Virus record (IMG/VR): IMGVR_UViG_3300048577_000414
Span: 1-25,572 of that record
DNA from: a virus
Taxonomy: Duplodnaviria > Caudoviricetes
Reading direction: 5' to 3' (one strand)
DNA: 25,572 nucleotides
Part shown: one piece after another, positions 17,702 to 24,865 of the stretch
How the letters are laid out: each line of letters begins with the position of its first letter
Numbering within the stretch: the first letter of the stretch is position 1
The notes under the pieces: model-generated
The model's database searches: none
Told to the model about the DNA's origin: nothing
The model's input: the letters and a program-made list of their open reading frames with translations, nothing else
Program-made: the position numbers and the translations under genes

Positions 17702-17714
17702 CCTCCCCTCCCCC

Positions 17715-18155
17715 TCAATATCCGCCCATCGGATCGTCGTGCGAGCCACCCGACATCGGGCATTCGTAGTCGTCGACGTCGCCAGCCGGCGGCCGGGTGC
17801 CGGTCGGCTTGTCGAGCAGCACGAGGTGGGCGTGGAAGTCGTTGAGCACGATCTCGGTCGTCCGCCGCTTCTCGCCCTTGCCGTCGGTCCACTCCCGGGT
17901 GACGAGCTTGCCTTCGCAATAGACCTTGGAGCCCTTCTTCAGATACTGCTCGGCCACCTTGGCAAGAGCCTCGGTGAAGACGACCACGCGGTGCCATTCG
18001 GTCTTCTCGCGACGCTCGCCGGTGGCGCGGTCGCGCCAGCTCTCCGAGGTCGCCACCGAGAGGGTGACGATCGGCCGGCCGTCCTGCGTCCGCCGCACCT
18101 CCGGCGCCTTGCCGACGTTGCCGATCAGGATCGCCTTGTTCACGCTGCCGGACAT
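17715..18155 (-). CDS. ssb: Single-stranded DNA-binding protein
   Basis: MSGSVNKAILIGNVG, VATSESWRD..TGERREKTEWHRVV and YLKKGSKVY.EGKL.TR.W motifs. GGAGG SD. Confidence 0.95.
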   Translation of the reverse strand: MSGSVNKAILIGNVGKAPEVRRTQDGRPIVTLSVATSESWRDRATGERREKTEWHRVVVFTEALAKVAEQYLKKGSKVYCEGKLVTREWTDGKGEKRRTTEIVLNDFHAHLVLLDKPTGTRPPAGDVDDYECPMSGGSHDDPMGGY

Positions 18156-18157
18156 GG

Positions 18158-18406
18158 TCAGGCCTCCTTCTCTGCGCCGAAGCTCTCGAGAACATGCGGC
18201 GTGTAGCCGGTCGCAGGGACATAGCAGCGGACGAACTGGACGGCTCGCCCGGCCGTTCCGACGAGGCCGGCAGCCTCGAGCTCGGCCATGGCCTGCGGAA
18301 CCTTTCCATCGACCGGATAGAACCTGCCGGATCGGACGCGTTCGAGGAGGGAAACCGCCCTGGCGGAAAGCTTCGGCGCAGCATTGTCGTGATCGACGTT
18401 GCTCAT
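18158..18406 (-). CDS. Hypothetical protein (possible small winged helix)
   Basis: 82-aa ORF tightly packed in the operon, with an LS..A..LL...MAELEAAGLV pattern. Confidence 0.55.
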   Translation of the reverse strand: MSNVDHDNAAPKLSARAVSLLERVRSGRFYPVDGKVPQAMAELEAAGLVGTAGRAVQFVRCYVPATGYTPHVLESFGAEKEA

Positions 18407-18408
18407 GA

Positions 18409-18636
18409 TCACACCCCCATGGTGATTGCAATCAATCCGCCCGTCGAAGGCTCGGCGAGGTCGAGATCGATAAAAGAGAATGTCGAACTCCGATCCGTGC
18501 TCTTGATGCCCGACAGAACATCGTCGAGGTTTGTCTTTGCCTCTTCCATGCTTCCGGCGTCGATGACGCCAGAAACCAGATACTTCGAGGCAAACGGGTT
18601 CGGCTCGCAGTTGCGAGAGAAATAGAACTTGCCCAT
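18409..18636 (-). CDS. Hypothetical protein, AT-richer
   Basis: 75-aa ORF filling the gap between the clamp stop (18640) and the next start (18406). Confidence 0.5.
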   Translation of the reverse strand: MGKFYFSRNCEPNPFASKYLVSGVIDAGSMEEAKTNLDDVLSGIKSTDRSSTFSFIDLDLAEPSTGGLIAITMGV

Positions 18637-18639
18637 GGA

Positions 18640-19761
18640 TCACACTCTCATCGGCATGAGGACGACGAGCCGGTCGGGAGCGGCCGTCGGGGGGTCGGCG
18701 GGAACGAAGAGCGTCGGCGAGCCGGGGTCGGTCAGGCGGATCGTCACCCGTTCGCCGTCGAGCGAGGCGAGGATCGCGGCGAGATAGCGGCCGTTGAACC
18801 CGATCTCGAGCGCGAGGCCGTCGGAGAGCTGTGCGCTCATCTCCTCCTCGGCGTGGCCGGTGTCCGCGTCGGTCACCGAGGCGATCAGTCGACCGTCGCC
18901 GAAGGCGAGCTTGACCGCATTGCCGCGCTGCGACTGGACGGTCGCGACGCGGTCGACGATCTGCCCCATCTCGGCGCGGGCGAGGGTCGCCTCGCCGGCC
19001 CAGGTCGCCGGGATCACCCGTCCGTAGTCCGGGAAAGTGCCGTCGATCAGCTTCGAGGTCAGGGTCGTGTCACCCACCTCGATCCGGATCTTGCTCTCGT
19101 CGAGGGCGACGACCGCCGGCTTCGGGTTGCCCTTGGCGAGCTTGACGATCTCGCCGCAGGTCTTCCTCGGCACGATGATGCCGGGCATCCCGACGGCGCC
19201 TTCCGGGGCGGTGATCGACCAGCGCGCCAGGCGGTGGCCGTCGGTCGCCACCAGAGTCAGGCGCCCGTCGACGACGTGCACGAAGGTGCCGTTGAGATAA
19301 TAGCGCGTCTCCTCGGTGGAGATCGCGAAGGCGACCGCCTCGAGGCCGGCGGCGAGGACGTCGCCGGGCAGGTCGAAGGTGCACTTCGGCTCGCCGGCGG
19401 AGAGGTCGGGGAAATCGACGATCGGCAGCACGCCGAGGTCGAACTTGGCGCGGCCGGCGCGGATCTTGGCGGTCGCCGCCGCCTCGTCGGCCGTCTCGAT
19501 CGCGATCGGGCCTTCGTCGAGCTTGCCGACGATGTCGCGGAGCCTCCCGGCCGAAAGGGTGATGGCGCCCGGGGCGTCGACGGCGGCGTCGATGCGTGCC
19601 CGCGCTTCGATGTCGAGGTCGGTGCCGCGCAGCACGAGGCGCCCGTCCGCCGCTTCGAGGGCGATGTTGGAGAGGATCGGGATGGTGTTGCGGCTCTCGA
19701 CGATCCGCGACACGGCGACGAGCGCGGGGTGCAGGTCGCGACGGGAGACGGTGAGTTTCAT
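18640..19761 (-). CDS. dnaN: DNA polymerase III beta sliding clamp (phage-encoded)
   Basis: RNTIPILSN, GTDLD, FAISTEETRYYLNG, VATDGHRLA, LIDGTFPDY.RVIP, IGFNGRYL and VLMPMRV motifs. Confidence 0.97.
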   Translation of the reverse strand: MKLTVSRRDLHPALVAVSRIVESRNTIPILSNIALEAADGRLVLRGTDLDIEARARIDAAVDAPGAITLSAGRLRDIVGKLDEGPIAIETADEAAATAKIRAGRAKFDLGVLPIVDFPDLSAGEPKCTFDLPGDVLAAGLEAVAFAISTEETRYYLNGTFVHVVDGRLTLVATDGHRLARWSITAPEGAVGMPGIIVPRKTCGEIVKLAKGNPKPAVVALDESKIRIEVGDTTLTSKLIDGTFPDYGRVIPATWAGEATLARAEMGQIVDRVATVQSQRGNAVKLAFGDGRLIASVTDADTGHAEEEMSAQLSDGLALEIGFNGRYLAAILASLDGERVTIRLTDPGSPTLFVPADPPTAAPDRLVVLMPMRV

Positions 19762-19771
19762 GGGGTGCCTC

Positions 19772-20029
19772 TCAGGTTCGCCGGGCAATATTGGCCGCCG
19801 CCGTTTCTTTCAGTCGCCTCTCGATCAGGGTGGCGACGGATCGAAGCGCCGAGGCGACCTCTGCGCTCTCGACGATTTCGCGGCCAATGACCTCGCCGTT
19901 GAGGTATCGGCGCCTCACCGAGACGATCACCACCTCGTCTTGGCTGGCGCGGGTACTCCCGACCACGGCCGTGTCGACATCGATCCAGACGAGTTGATTT
20001 CCGATACGGATACCGCCGTCACTCGACAT
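19772..20029 (-). CDS. Hypothetical protein
   Basis: 85-aa ORF with AGGAGG SD, directly upstream of dnaN. Confidence 0.65.
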   Translation of the reverse strand: MSSDGGIRIGNQLVWIDVDTAVVGSTRASQDEVVIVSVRRRYLNGEVIGREIVESAEVASALRSVATLIERRLKETAAANIARRT

Positions 20030-20109
20030 GCTGACCTCCTGTCATCTCGGGTGAGATCGTCCGGTGCTGCCGGCGGCTGTCGCCGGCAGGGCGAGACGGT
20101 CGGGAAGGC

Positions 20110-20382
20110 TCAGATCGCGGAGTGAAGGTCGGTGACGATGCTGTCGGTGTGGGTCCGAAGCGCGTCCGCCGGGATGCAGCCCGACCTCAGGTCGTCATAG
20201 AGCGACCAGACGACTTCGACCCGGTGCTCTTCGACATGGTGGTCGACGACGGTCATCAGGTGGCCGCCGCTGCGGAGTTGCACGGTCTCTCCGATCGGAA
20301 ACCGCTCGGTGATCTCAGGGGCCGGCGGTTTGGCGAGCTTCGCCGCAATGTCGGGATTGGGCGGGGTGCGACGGGTGGACAT
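20110..20382 (-). CDS. YodC / DUF2158-like small beta-barrel protein
   Basis: F.IGETVQLRSGG.LMTV......V.V.W........P.DAL motif. AGGAG SD. Confidence 0.8.
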   Translation of the reverse strand: MSTRRTPPNPDIAAKLAKPPAPEITERFPIGETVQLRSGGHLMTVVDHHVEEHRVEVVWSLYDDLRSGCIPADALRTHTDSIVTDLHSAI

Positions 20383-20403
20383 CCGAATGTCTCCTGCTCT
20401 GGT

Positions 20404-20443
20404 GGAAAAGACTCCCGGGCCTCGTTGGCGCTCGGCCCGGGAG
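20404..20443 (-). terminator. Probable intrinsic terminator after the DUF2303 gene
   Basis: 10-bp perfect stem CTCCCGGGCC/GGCCCGGGAG (20412-20421 / 20434-20443), followed on the minus strand by TCTTTT. Confidence 0.65.
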
Positions 20444-20488
20444 AAGTCACTGGCGTCGAGGTTGACAGCCGCCAGCGGGAGGAACGGA

Positions 20489-21487
20489 TCAGGCTTCGGG
20501 CGCGCCCTCGTAGACCGGCAGGCCGGTGTCGCGACGGACGTAGAGGAGGTCGTCGGTCAGGCGCTGGGTGATCGCGAGGTCCGGCCGGTGCATGGCGAAG
20601 AACCACTTCGTCACGCCGCCGGCGACGCGGTAGCGCAGGCGCACGGGCACGCGGACGACGTCGCCGCCGAAGAAGGGGGCGACCTGAAGGAGGAACATCC
20701 CGGGGATCACCAGCGGCTTGCCGTCGCTGCCGAGGTGGTTCTCCTCGAAGGCGATCTGCGCGGCGCCGGACTGCAGCGTCACGATGTTCTTGACCTTCGC
20801 TTCGACGTTGATCTGCAGGCCGCGCGAGATCTGGATCAGCGCCGACGGCGTCGCCACCGTGGTCTGGAAGTCCCGTTCCATCCAGATCCGTTCGGCGTCT
20901 TCGGGGCTCGACAGGTCGGCGATGTGGTCCTCGATCCATGCGGCGAACTCGCCTTGCGTCATCGGCTCGCCGTTCATCCTCACCCACTCCTTCCACGTGT
21001 CGGAGAGCGGATAGGCGTAGACGATGCGGTGGCGCAGGTTGTCCGGCCGCGGCGTATAGGTGCCGACGGCCTCCTCGAGTCGTTCGGTGGTGCCGTCGGA
21101 AGGTTGGCCGATCTCGCCCTCGACCGGCTCGGCGGCCTTCTCGTGATAGTCGATCACCGCCAGCAGCGACGGCTTGCGCCAGTCGGTGTCCGCGAAGACG
21201 ACCGAATGCGGCGTGTGGTGGCGGTTGGTCAGGTCGATGAACGACTGCAGCGTCAGCGCCGTGGCGGTGCCGCGCTTCGCCGACGGGCGGTCGCGCCAGG
21301 CCTCGAAGAGCGACTTGAGACCGACAACCTCGGGCTGCTGGCCGTGCTTGATCCCGATCGGGATGCGGTAGGGCAGCCCGTCCTCGGCGGCGATGTTCTC
21401 GATATCGACGATCTCGACTCCGCGGGCCTGCGCCGCAAGGTCGGTGAGCAGCTTCAGTGGTTCCAGATTGGTGTTTTCGACCGGCAT
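20489..21487 (-). CDS. DUF2303 (YfdQ-like) protein
   Basis: P..KRGTA....LQSFID..NRH, AVIDYH, S..WK.W...NG..M.Q.EFA.WIED and IP..F.L....F.GG......RLRYR motifs. Confidence 0.85.
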   Translation of the reverse strand: MPVENTNLEPLKLLTDLAAQARGVEIVDIENIAAEDGLPYRIPIGIKHGQQPEVVGLKSLFEAWRDRPSAKRGTATALTLQSFIDLTNRHHTPHSVVFADTDWRKPSLLAVIDYHEKAAEPVEGEIGQPSDGTTERLEEAVGTYTPRPDNLRHRIVYAYPLSDTWKEWVRMNGEPMTQGEFAAWIEDHIADLSSPEDAERIWMERDFQTTVATPSALIQISRGLQINVEAKVKNIVTLQSGAAQIAFEENHLGSDGKPLVIPGMFLLQVAPFFGGDVVRVPVRLRYRVAGGVTKWFFAMHRPDLAITQRLTDDLLYVRRDTGLPVYEGAPEA

Positions 21488-21524
21488 CTCTGTGCTCCGG
21501 GTTCGTGGGCGTGGCGGTTCGCGA

Positions 21525-21890
21525 TCAGGCGAGCGCGTTGGTGGGGGCTACGACCGCGCCGCCGGCGCGGGCGTTGGCGCCGAAGTCCATGCGGGTCTGG
21601 GACGGATGCTCGGTCGAGACCGAACCCTCGGCGTCGATCCAGAACACGCCGTCGGCGCGCGGCTTCTTCGGCTTCTTGGTGGTGATGTCGGGGGACATGG
21701 TGACCATGCCGTCCTCGACGGTGAGGTCGATCACCAGGGTGACGCGGCCCTTGGCCTTGGCCTTCTTGCGGCCGCCGCAGTGCTCGTGCAGGGCGGCGAG
21801 GGTGCCGGTCAGTTCGGCGTCGAGTTCGGCGGCGAGTTCGCCGTCGCCGATCAGGCCGATGACCGTGGTGGCGCTGCGGATCTTCTTCAC
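21525..21890 (-). CDS. DUF2303 partner protein (YfdP-like position) with C-terminal QTRMDF motif
   Basis: GTG start with GGAGG SD. KG.VTL.I.L.........K.PK.PR...VFW...G..S.EHP.Q..M.F pattern, as seen upstream of DUF2303 genes. Confidence 0.7.
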   Translation of the reverse strand: MKKIRSATTVIGLIGDGELAAELDAELTGTLAALHEHCGGRKKAKAKGRVTLVIDLTVEDGMVTMSPDITTKKPKKPRADGVFWIDAEGSVSTEHPSQTRMDFGANARAGGAVVAPTNALA

Positions 21891-21923
21891 GGGGGGTCCT
21901 CCGTCGTTGGAGAGGTTCGCGGC

Positions 21924-22562
21924 TCACGCCGCCGCGGCCGGGCGGATGCGCCATTCGTCCCAGAGCGCCATCCACTCGTCGGCGATGCGCTTCTGCGGCC
22001 AGGGGGAGAGGGCGCCGTCGGTCCGGACGTCCGGGGCCGAGAGGCACTCGGCCGGCCAGGACGCGGGATCTCGGGCCGGGTCGAAGCCGAGGATCTGGCG
22101 CGCCTCGGCGGCGAGCATCGCCATGTCCATCCGGTGGACGATCGCCCGGGCGCGATCGGAGACCGTGAGCCCGGCGATGCGATGGATCTCCGCATCGAGC
22201 CGCCGTTTCAGCTCGGCGAGCGTCCGCTGAAAGAGCACGCGGCCGGCGGGACCCATCATCTCGCCGAGCGTGGCGGCGACCGGCGACGCGATGTCGCCGA
22301 TGAACGCCTCGTGCGCGTCGTGCAGCAGGAAGGCGAAGCCGAGATTAACGTCGCCGGTCTCGGCGGCGAGCGCCTTGGCGCCGACCACGCAGTGCTGGCC
22401 CACGGTCCAGATGCGGCCGTCGGCGCGGCGGATCGACATGTGGGCGCCGAACCGGGCGATCCGCGCCAGCGGCTCGGCGATGTCGCGGCGGACGTCGACG
22501 CGGGTCAGGTCGGGTCTGGCGAGATCGACCCGGACGCGGGTCGAGGAGAGCAGGACGGCCAT
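21924..22562 (-). CDS. HD-domain phosphohydrolase (YfbR/YfdR-like 5'-deoxynucleotidase)
   Basis: DIA..LARI.RF..H, WTVGQH, LLHDAHEAFIGDI.SP and D...L..E...L motifs. GGAGG SD. Confidence 0.9.
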   Translation of the reverse strand: MAVLLSSTRVRVDLARPDLTRVDVRRDIAEPLARIARFGAHMSIRRADGRIWTVGQHCVVGAKALAAETGDVNLGFAFLLHDAHEAFIGDIASPVAATLGEMMGPAGRVLFQRTLAELKRRLDAEIHRIAGLTVSDRARAIVHRMDMAMLAAEARQILGFDPARDPASWPAECLSAPDVRTDGALSPWPQKRIADEWMALWDEWRIRPAAAA

Positions 22563-22576
22563 GGGATACCTCCGGG

Positions 22577-22861
22577 TCACGCGCCGAGGCGCATGCGGGT
22601 CTCGGGCGAACAGGCGTTGAGGGCGAGGTTCCGCCCGGCGTTGGAAAGGGTGAGGACGTCGCGGCCGGGTCCGGCCCGGAGGACGAAACCGATGTCGGCG
22701 AGCGCCGAGACGTCGGAGGTCGCGACCGAGGCGCCCCAGTCGCGGACGAACCAACGCCCGTCGCGTCGGCGCAGCAGCGGCGCGTCGCGGGTCGCCATGG
22801 CGACGAGGATCGAGCGCTGCGTCTCGGTGATGCGTGGAGCCCGCCGGCGCGCGCCGGTCAT
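22577..22861 (-). CDS. Hypothetical protein (possible winged helix)
   Basis: ATGA-coupled start. T.TQ..IL...V.AL...GF........L...GR pattern. Confidence 0.55.
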   Translation of the reverse strand: MTGARRRAPRITETQRSILVAMATRDAPLLRRRDGRWFVRDWGASVATSDVSALADIGFVLRAGPGRDVLTLSNAGRNLALNACSPETRMRLGA

Positions 22862-23184
22862 CCGAGGCGCCCGACGAAAGCGGCGACGAAACCGATCGTC
22901 CACGCGACGAGAGCACATCCGGTGGCGACGACCGCCACCAGGGCGACACCGAGCGCGAAGGCGAGGATCGGCGATCCCTCCGCCCTCTGCGGGCAGCCGG
23001 TCGGGCGGACGTCGATCTCCCGTCGCCCGCAGGTGGCGCAGCGGCTGTCGCCGCGCCAGTCGGACACGAACAGGCAATCGAGCCCGACGCGTGGAGCATG
23101 GTCTGGCGGCGTCGGCCGCGGGGGTCTCCGCGACGGATCGGTCGGGCGCATCGGAACGACGGGTAACGGGGTCGCCATGGTCAT
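22858..23184 (-). CDS. Small Cys-cluster protein with C-terminal transmembrane segment
   Basis: ATGA-coupled. Pro-rich N-terminus, C-x12-CATC-x11-C, then a long hydrophobic tail. Confidence 0.6.
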   Translation of the reverse strand: MTMATPLPVVPMRPTDPSRRPPRPTPPDHAPRVGLDCLFVSDWRGDSRCATCGRREIDVRPTGCPQRAEGSPILAFALGVALVAVVATGCALVAWTIGFVAAFVGRLG

Positions 23185-23654
23185 CCGAGCGGCCTCCCGA
23201 GACAGATCGCGAGAGCGCCGAACCAGGCGAGCCCGAACAGCGCGGCGGTCGGCCCTTCGCCGGACAGGGTGGTCATCACCCGTTCGAGCGCGCCGGGGCG
23301 GGCATCGGGCGACCGGGTCGCGTCGACCACCTCGGCCATTTCGGCACCGACGGGGCGGCGATCGGCGCAGCGCAGCCGCTCGACCTCGATCTGCGTCAGG
23401 AAGGCGGGCGAGCCCGCGAGACCATGAGCGGTGGGACCCCAGCACATCGCCTGGGCTCTGGTCCAACCGGAGTCGGTCAGGTCGACGAGGCCGTATTGAC
23501 CGCCCCGCCGGGCCGCGACGATGTCGCGGGCCATCCGCTCGACGATCTCGACCGGATTGGTGAGGTTCTGCCGGTCGATGGCGGCTCGAAGGAGGGCGGG
23601 GTCCACCGACGTCTTTCCGACCGTCCGGCCCTTGTGGATCGTGACCTCAGCCAT
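23181..23654 (-). CDS. Hypothetical protein with C-terminal hydrophobic helix
   Basis: GGAGG SD, overlaps both neighbours, ends AALFGLAWFGALAICLG. Confidence 0.65.
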   Translation of the reverse strand: MAEVTIHKGRTVGKTSVDPALLRAAIDRQNLTNPVEIVERMARDIVAARRGGQYGLVDLTDSGWTRAQAMCWGPTAHGLAGSPAFLTQIEVERLRCADRRPVGAEMAEVVDATRSPDARPGALERVMTTLSGEGPTAALFGLAWFGALAICLGRPLG

Positions 23655-23835
23655 GATCGCCTCCCTTGGCGAGGCGCAGGGCGATGACGCCGAGCGACGA
23701 GGTCGACGAGAGGCGGTCGATCCGGGCCGAGCGGTGCGACAGTCGCCGGTCGGGGAGCAGCACCGGCTCGAACGCTGGCTCGGGCGATGACCAGAGCCGG
23801 TTCCAGGCGGTGCGGAGGGTGGAGAGCAGGGTCAT
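23647..23835 (-). CDS. Small hypothetical protein
   Basis: 62 aa with AAGGA SD. Fills the gap between the ligase and the next ORF, with overlapping stop/start. Confidence 0.5.
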   Translation of the reverse strand: MTLLSTLRTAWNRLWSSPEPAFEPVLLPDRRLSHRSARIDRLSSTSSLGVIALRLAKGGDHG

Positions 23836-23848
23836 GTCCCGCGGTCCT

Positions 23849-24811
23849 TCAGAGGCGCCCCTCCGGCCCGTGGATGCGGACCAGGGTGCGGTGGCGACGA
23901 TGGGCGGAGGCGGTCGGCTGCCAGCGATAGGTGACGAGGCGGCCGGGCTCGGGCGGGTTCGCGGCGAGCACGCGCCGCCCGGCCTCGGTCATCGCCTGAA
24001 TGGCGACGGTCAGCTTCTCGCCGGTCTCGAGGTCACGGACGACCAGGGTGTGCGGCAGGCCGGTCTTGCGGCCGTTCACGACCGCGACGAGGGCCGCCTC
24101 GGCGTCGAGGAACGGCTTGCGCCTCATCAGCGCGAAGGAGCGGCCGTGGACGTAGGCGCCGTCGAGATCGCGGACGATCGTTCCCTCGTGGCCGTCGGCG
24201 AGGTGTCGGGCATAGGCGCGGTCGAGATCGTCCGGCGTGGCGACGATGGCGGTCTCGACGAGAGCGAGCGCCCGGGCGTCGATCATCCTTCCCCGACCGT
24301 AGAGACCATGGACGACGATCGTCAGGATGTCCGCGCGGTCCTTCCAGGTGGTCGCGTCGGGGCACGGGAAGGGGTCGCCGGCACCGGGCTCGACGTAGAG
24401 GTCGAAGGCGTGGAGCCGCGGCCGTCGGCCGGCGACGGGCTCGCGGGCGCGGACGACGGCGGAGATCTCCTCGAGGGTCCACCCGGGATCCCAGATCTCG
24501 CCGTCGAGAACCACACCGACCGGCAACATCTCTCCGAGAGCCGTGATCTCGGGGAGCGACACGATCGGCAGCCGGTCGCGGGTGACGAGCCCGTCGCGGG
24601 AGAGGGTGGCGCGGACGCCGTCGAGCTTCGGCTGCACGGCGACCGGGAAGGTCACCCGCGCCGGGTCATAGATCTCGGCGAGCATGACGCCGGCGGTCTT
24701 CGGGGCGCGCTTGCGCGATCCGCGGCCGGGGACGCCGGTCTCCGATCCGTCGAGGCCGACGAGGGTGAAGCCGTGGCGCTTCTGCCGGGGCTCGGTCGTG
24801 TCGATGGTCAC
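23849..24811 (-). CDS. Minimal ATP-dependent DNA ligase
   Basis: Motif I QPKLDGVR, III LDGEI, IIIa HAFDL, IV EGTIVR and V LMRRKP, then an OB-like domain. GTG start with GGAGG SD. Confidence 0.9.
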   Translation of the reverse strand: MTIDTTEPRQKRHGFTLVGLDGSETGVPGRGSRKRAPKTAGVMLAEIYDPARVTFPVAVQPKLDGVRATLSRDGLVTRDRLPIVSLPEITALGEMLPVGVVLDGEIWDPGWTLEEISAVVRAREPVAGRRPRLHAFDLYVEPGAGDPFPCPDATTWKDRADILTIVVHGLYGRGRMIDARALALVETAIVATPDDLDRAYARHLADGHEGTIVRDLDGAYVHGRSFALMRRKPFLDAEAALVAVVNGRKTGLPHTLVVRDLETGEKLTVAIQAMTEAGRRVLAANPPEPGRLVTYRWQPTASAHRRHRTLVRIHGPEGRL

Positions 24812-24865
24812 GGTTGTGATCCTCCGAACCCTCCGACAGACTGTCGTCGTCGAAGGAGGATGGTG

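Noticed and set aside
18640-19761. Host chromosomal dnaN / oriC region
   Set aside because: No dnaA, recF or gyrB; the gene is embedded among phage early genes.
21924-22562. Z-base (2-aminoadenine) genome system
   Set aside because: An HD enzyme alone is insufficient; no PurZ or MazZ is in the window.
22900-22960. Lipobox-like VVATGC
   Set aside because: It is in the C-terminal hydrophobic tail, not in an N-terminal signal peptide.
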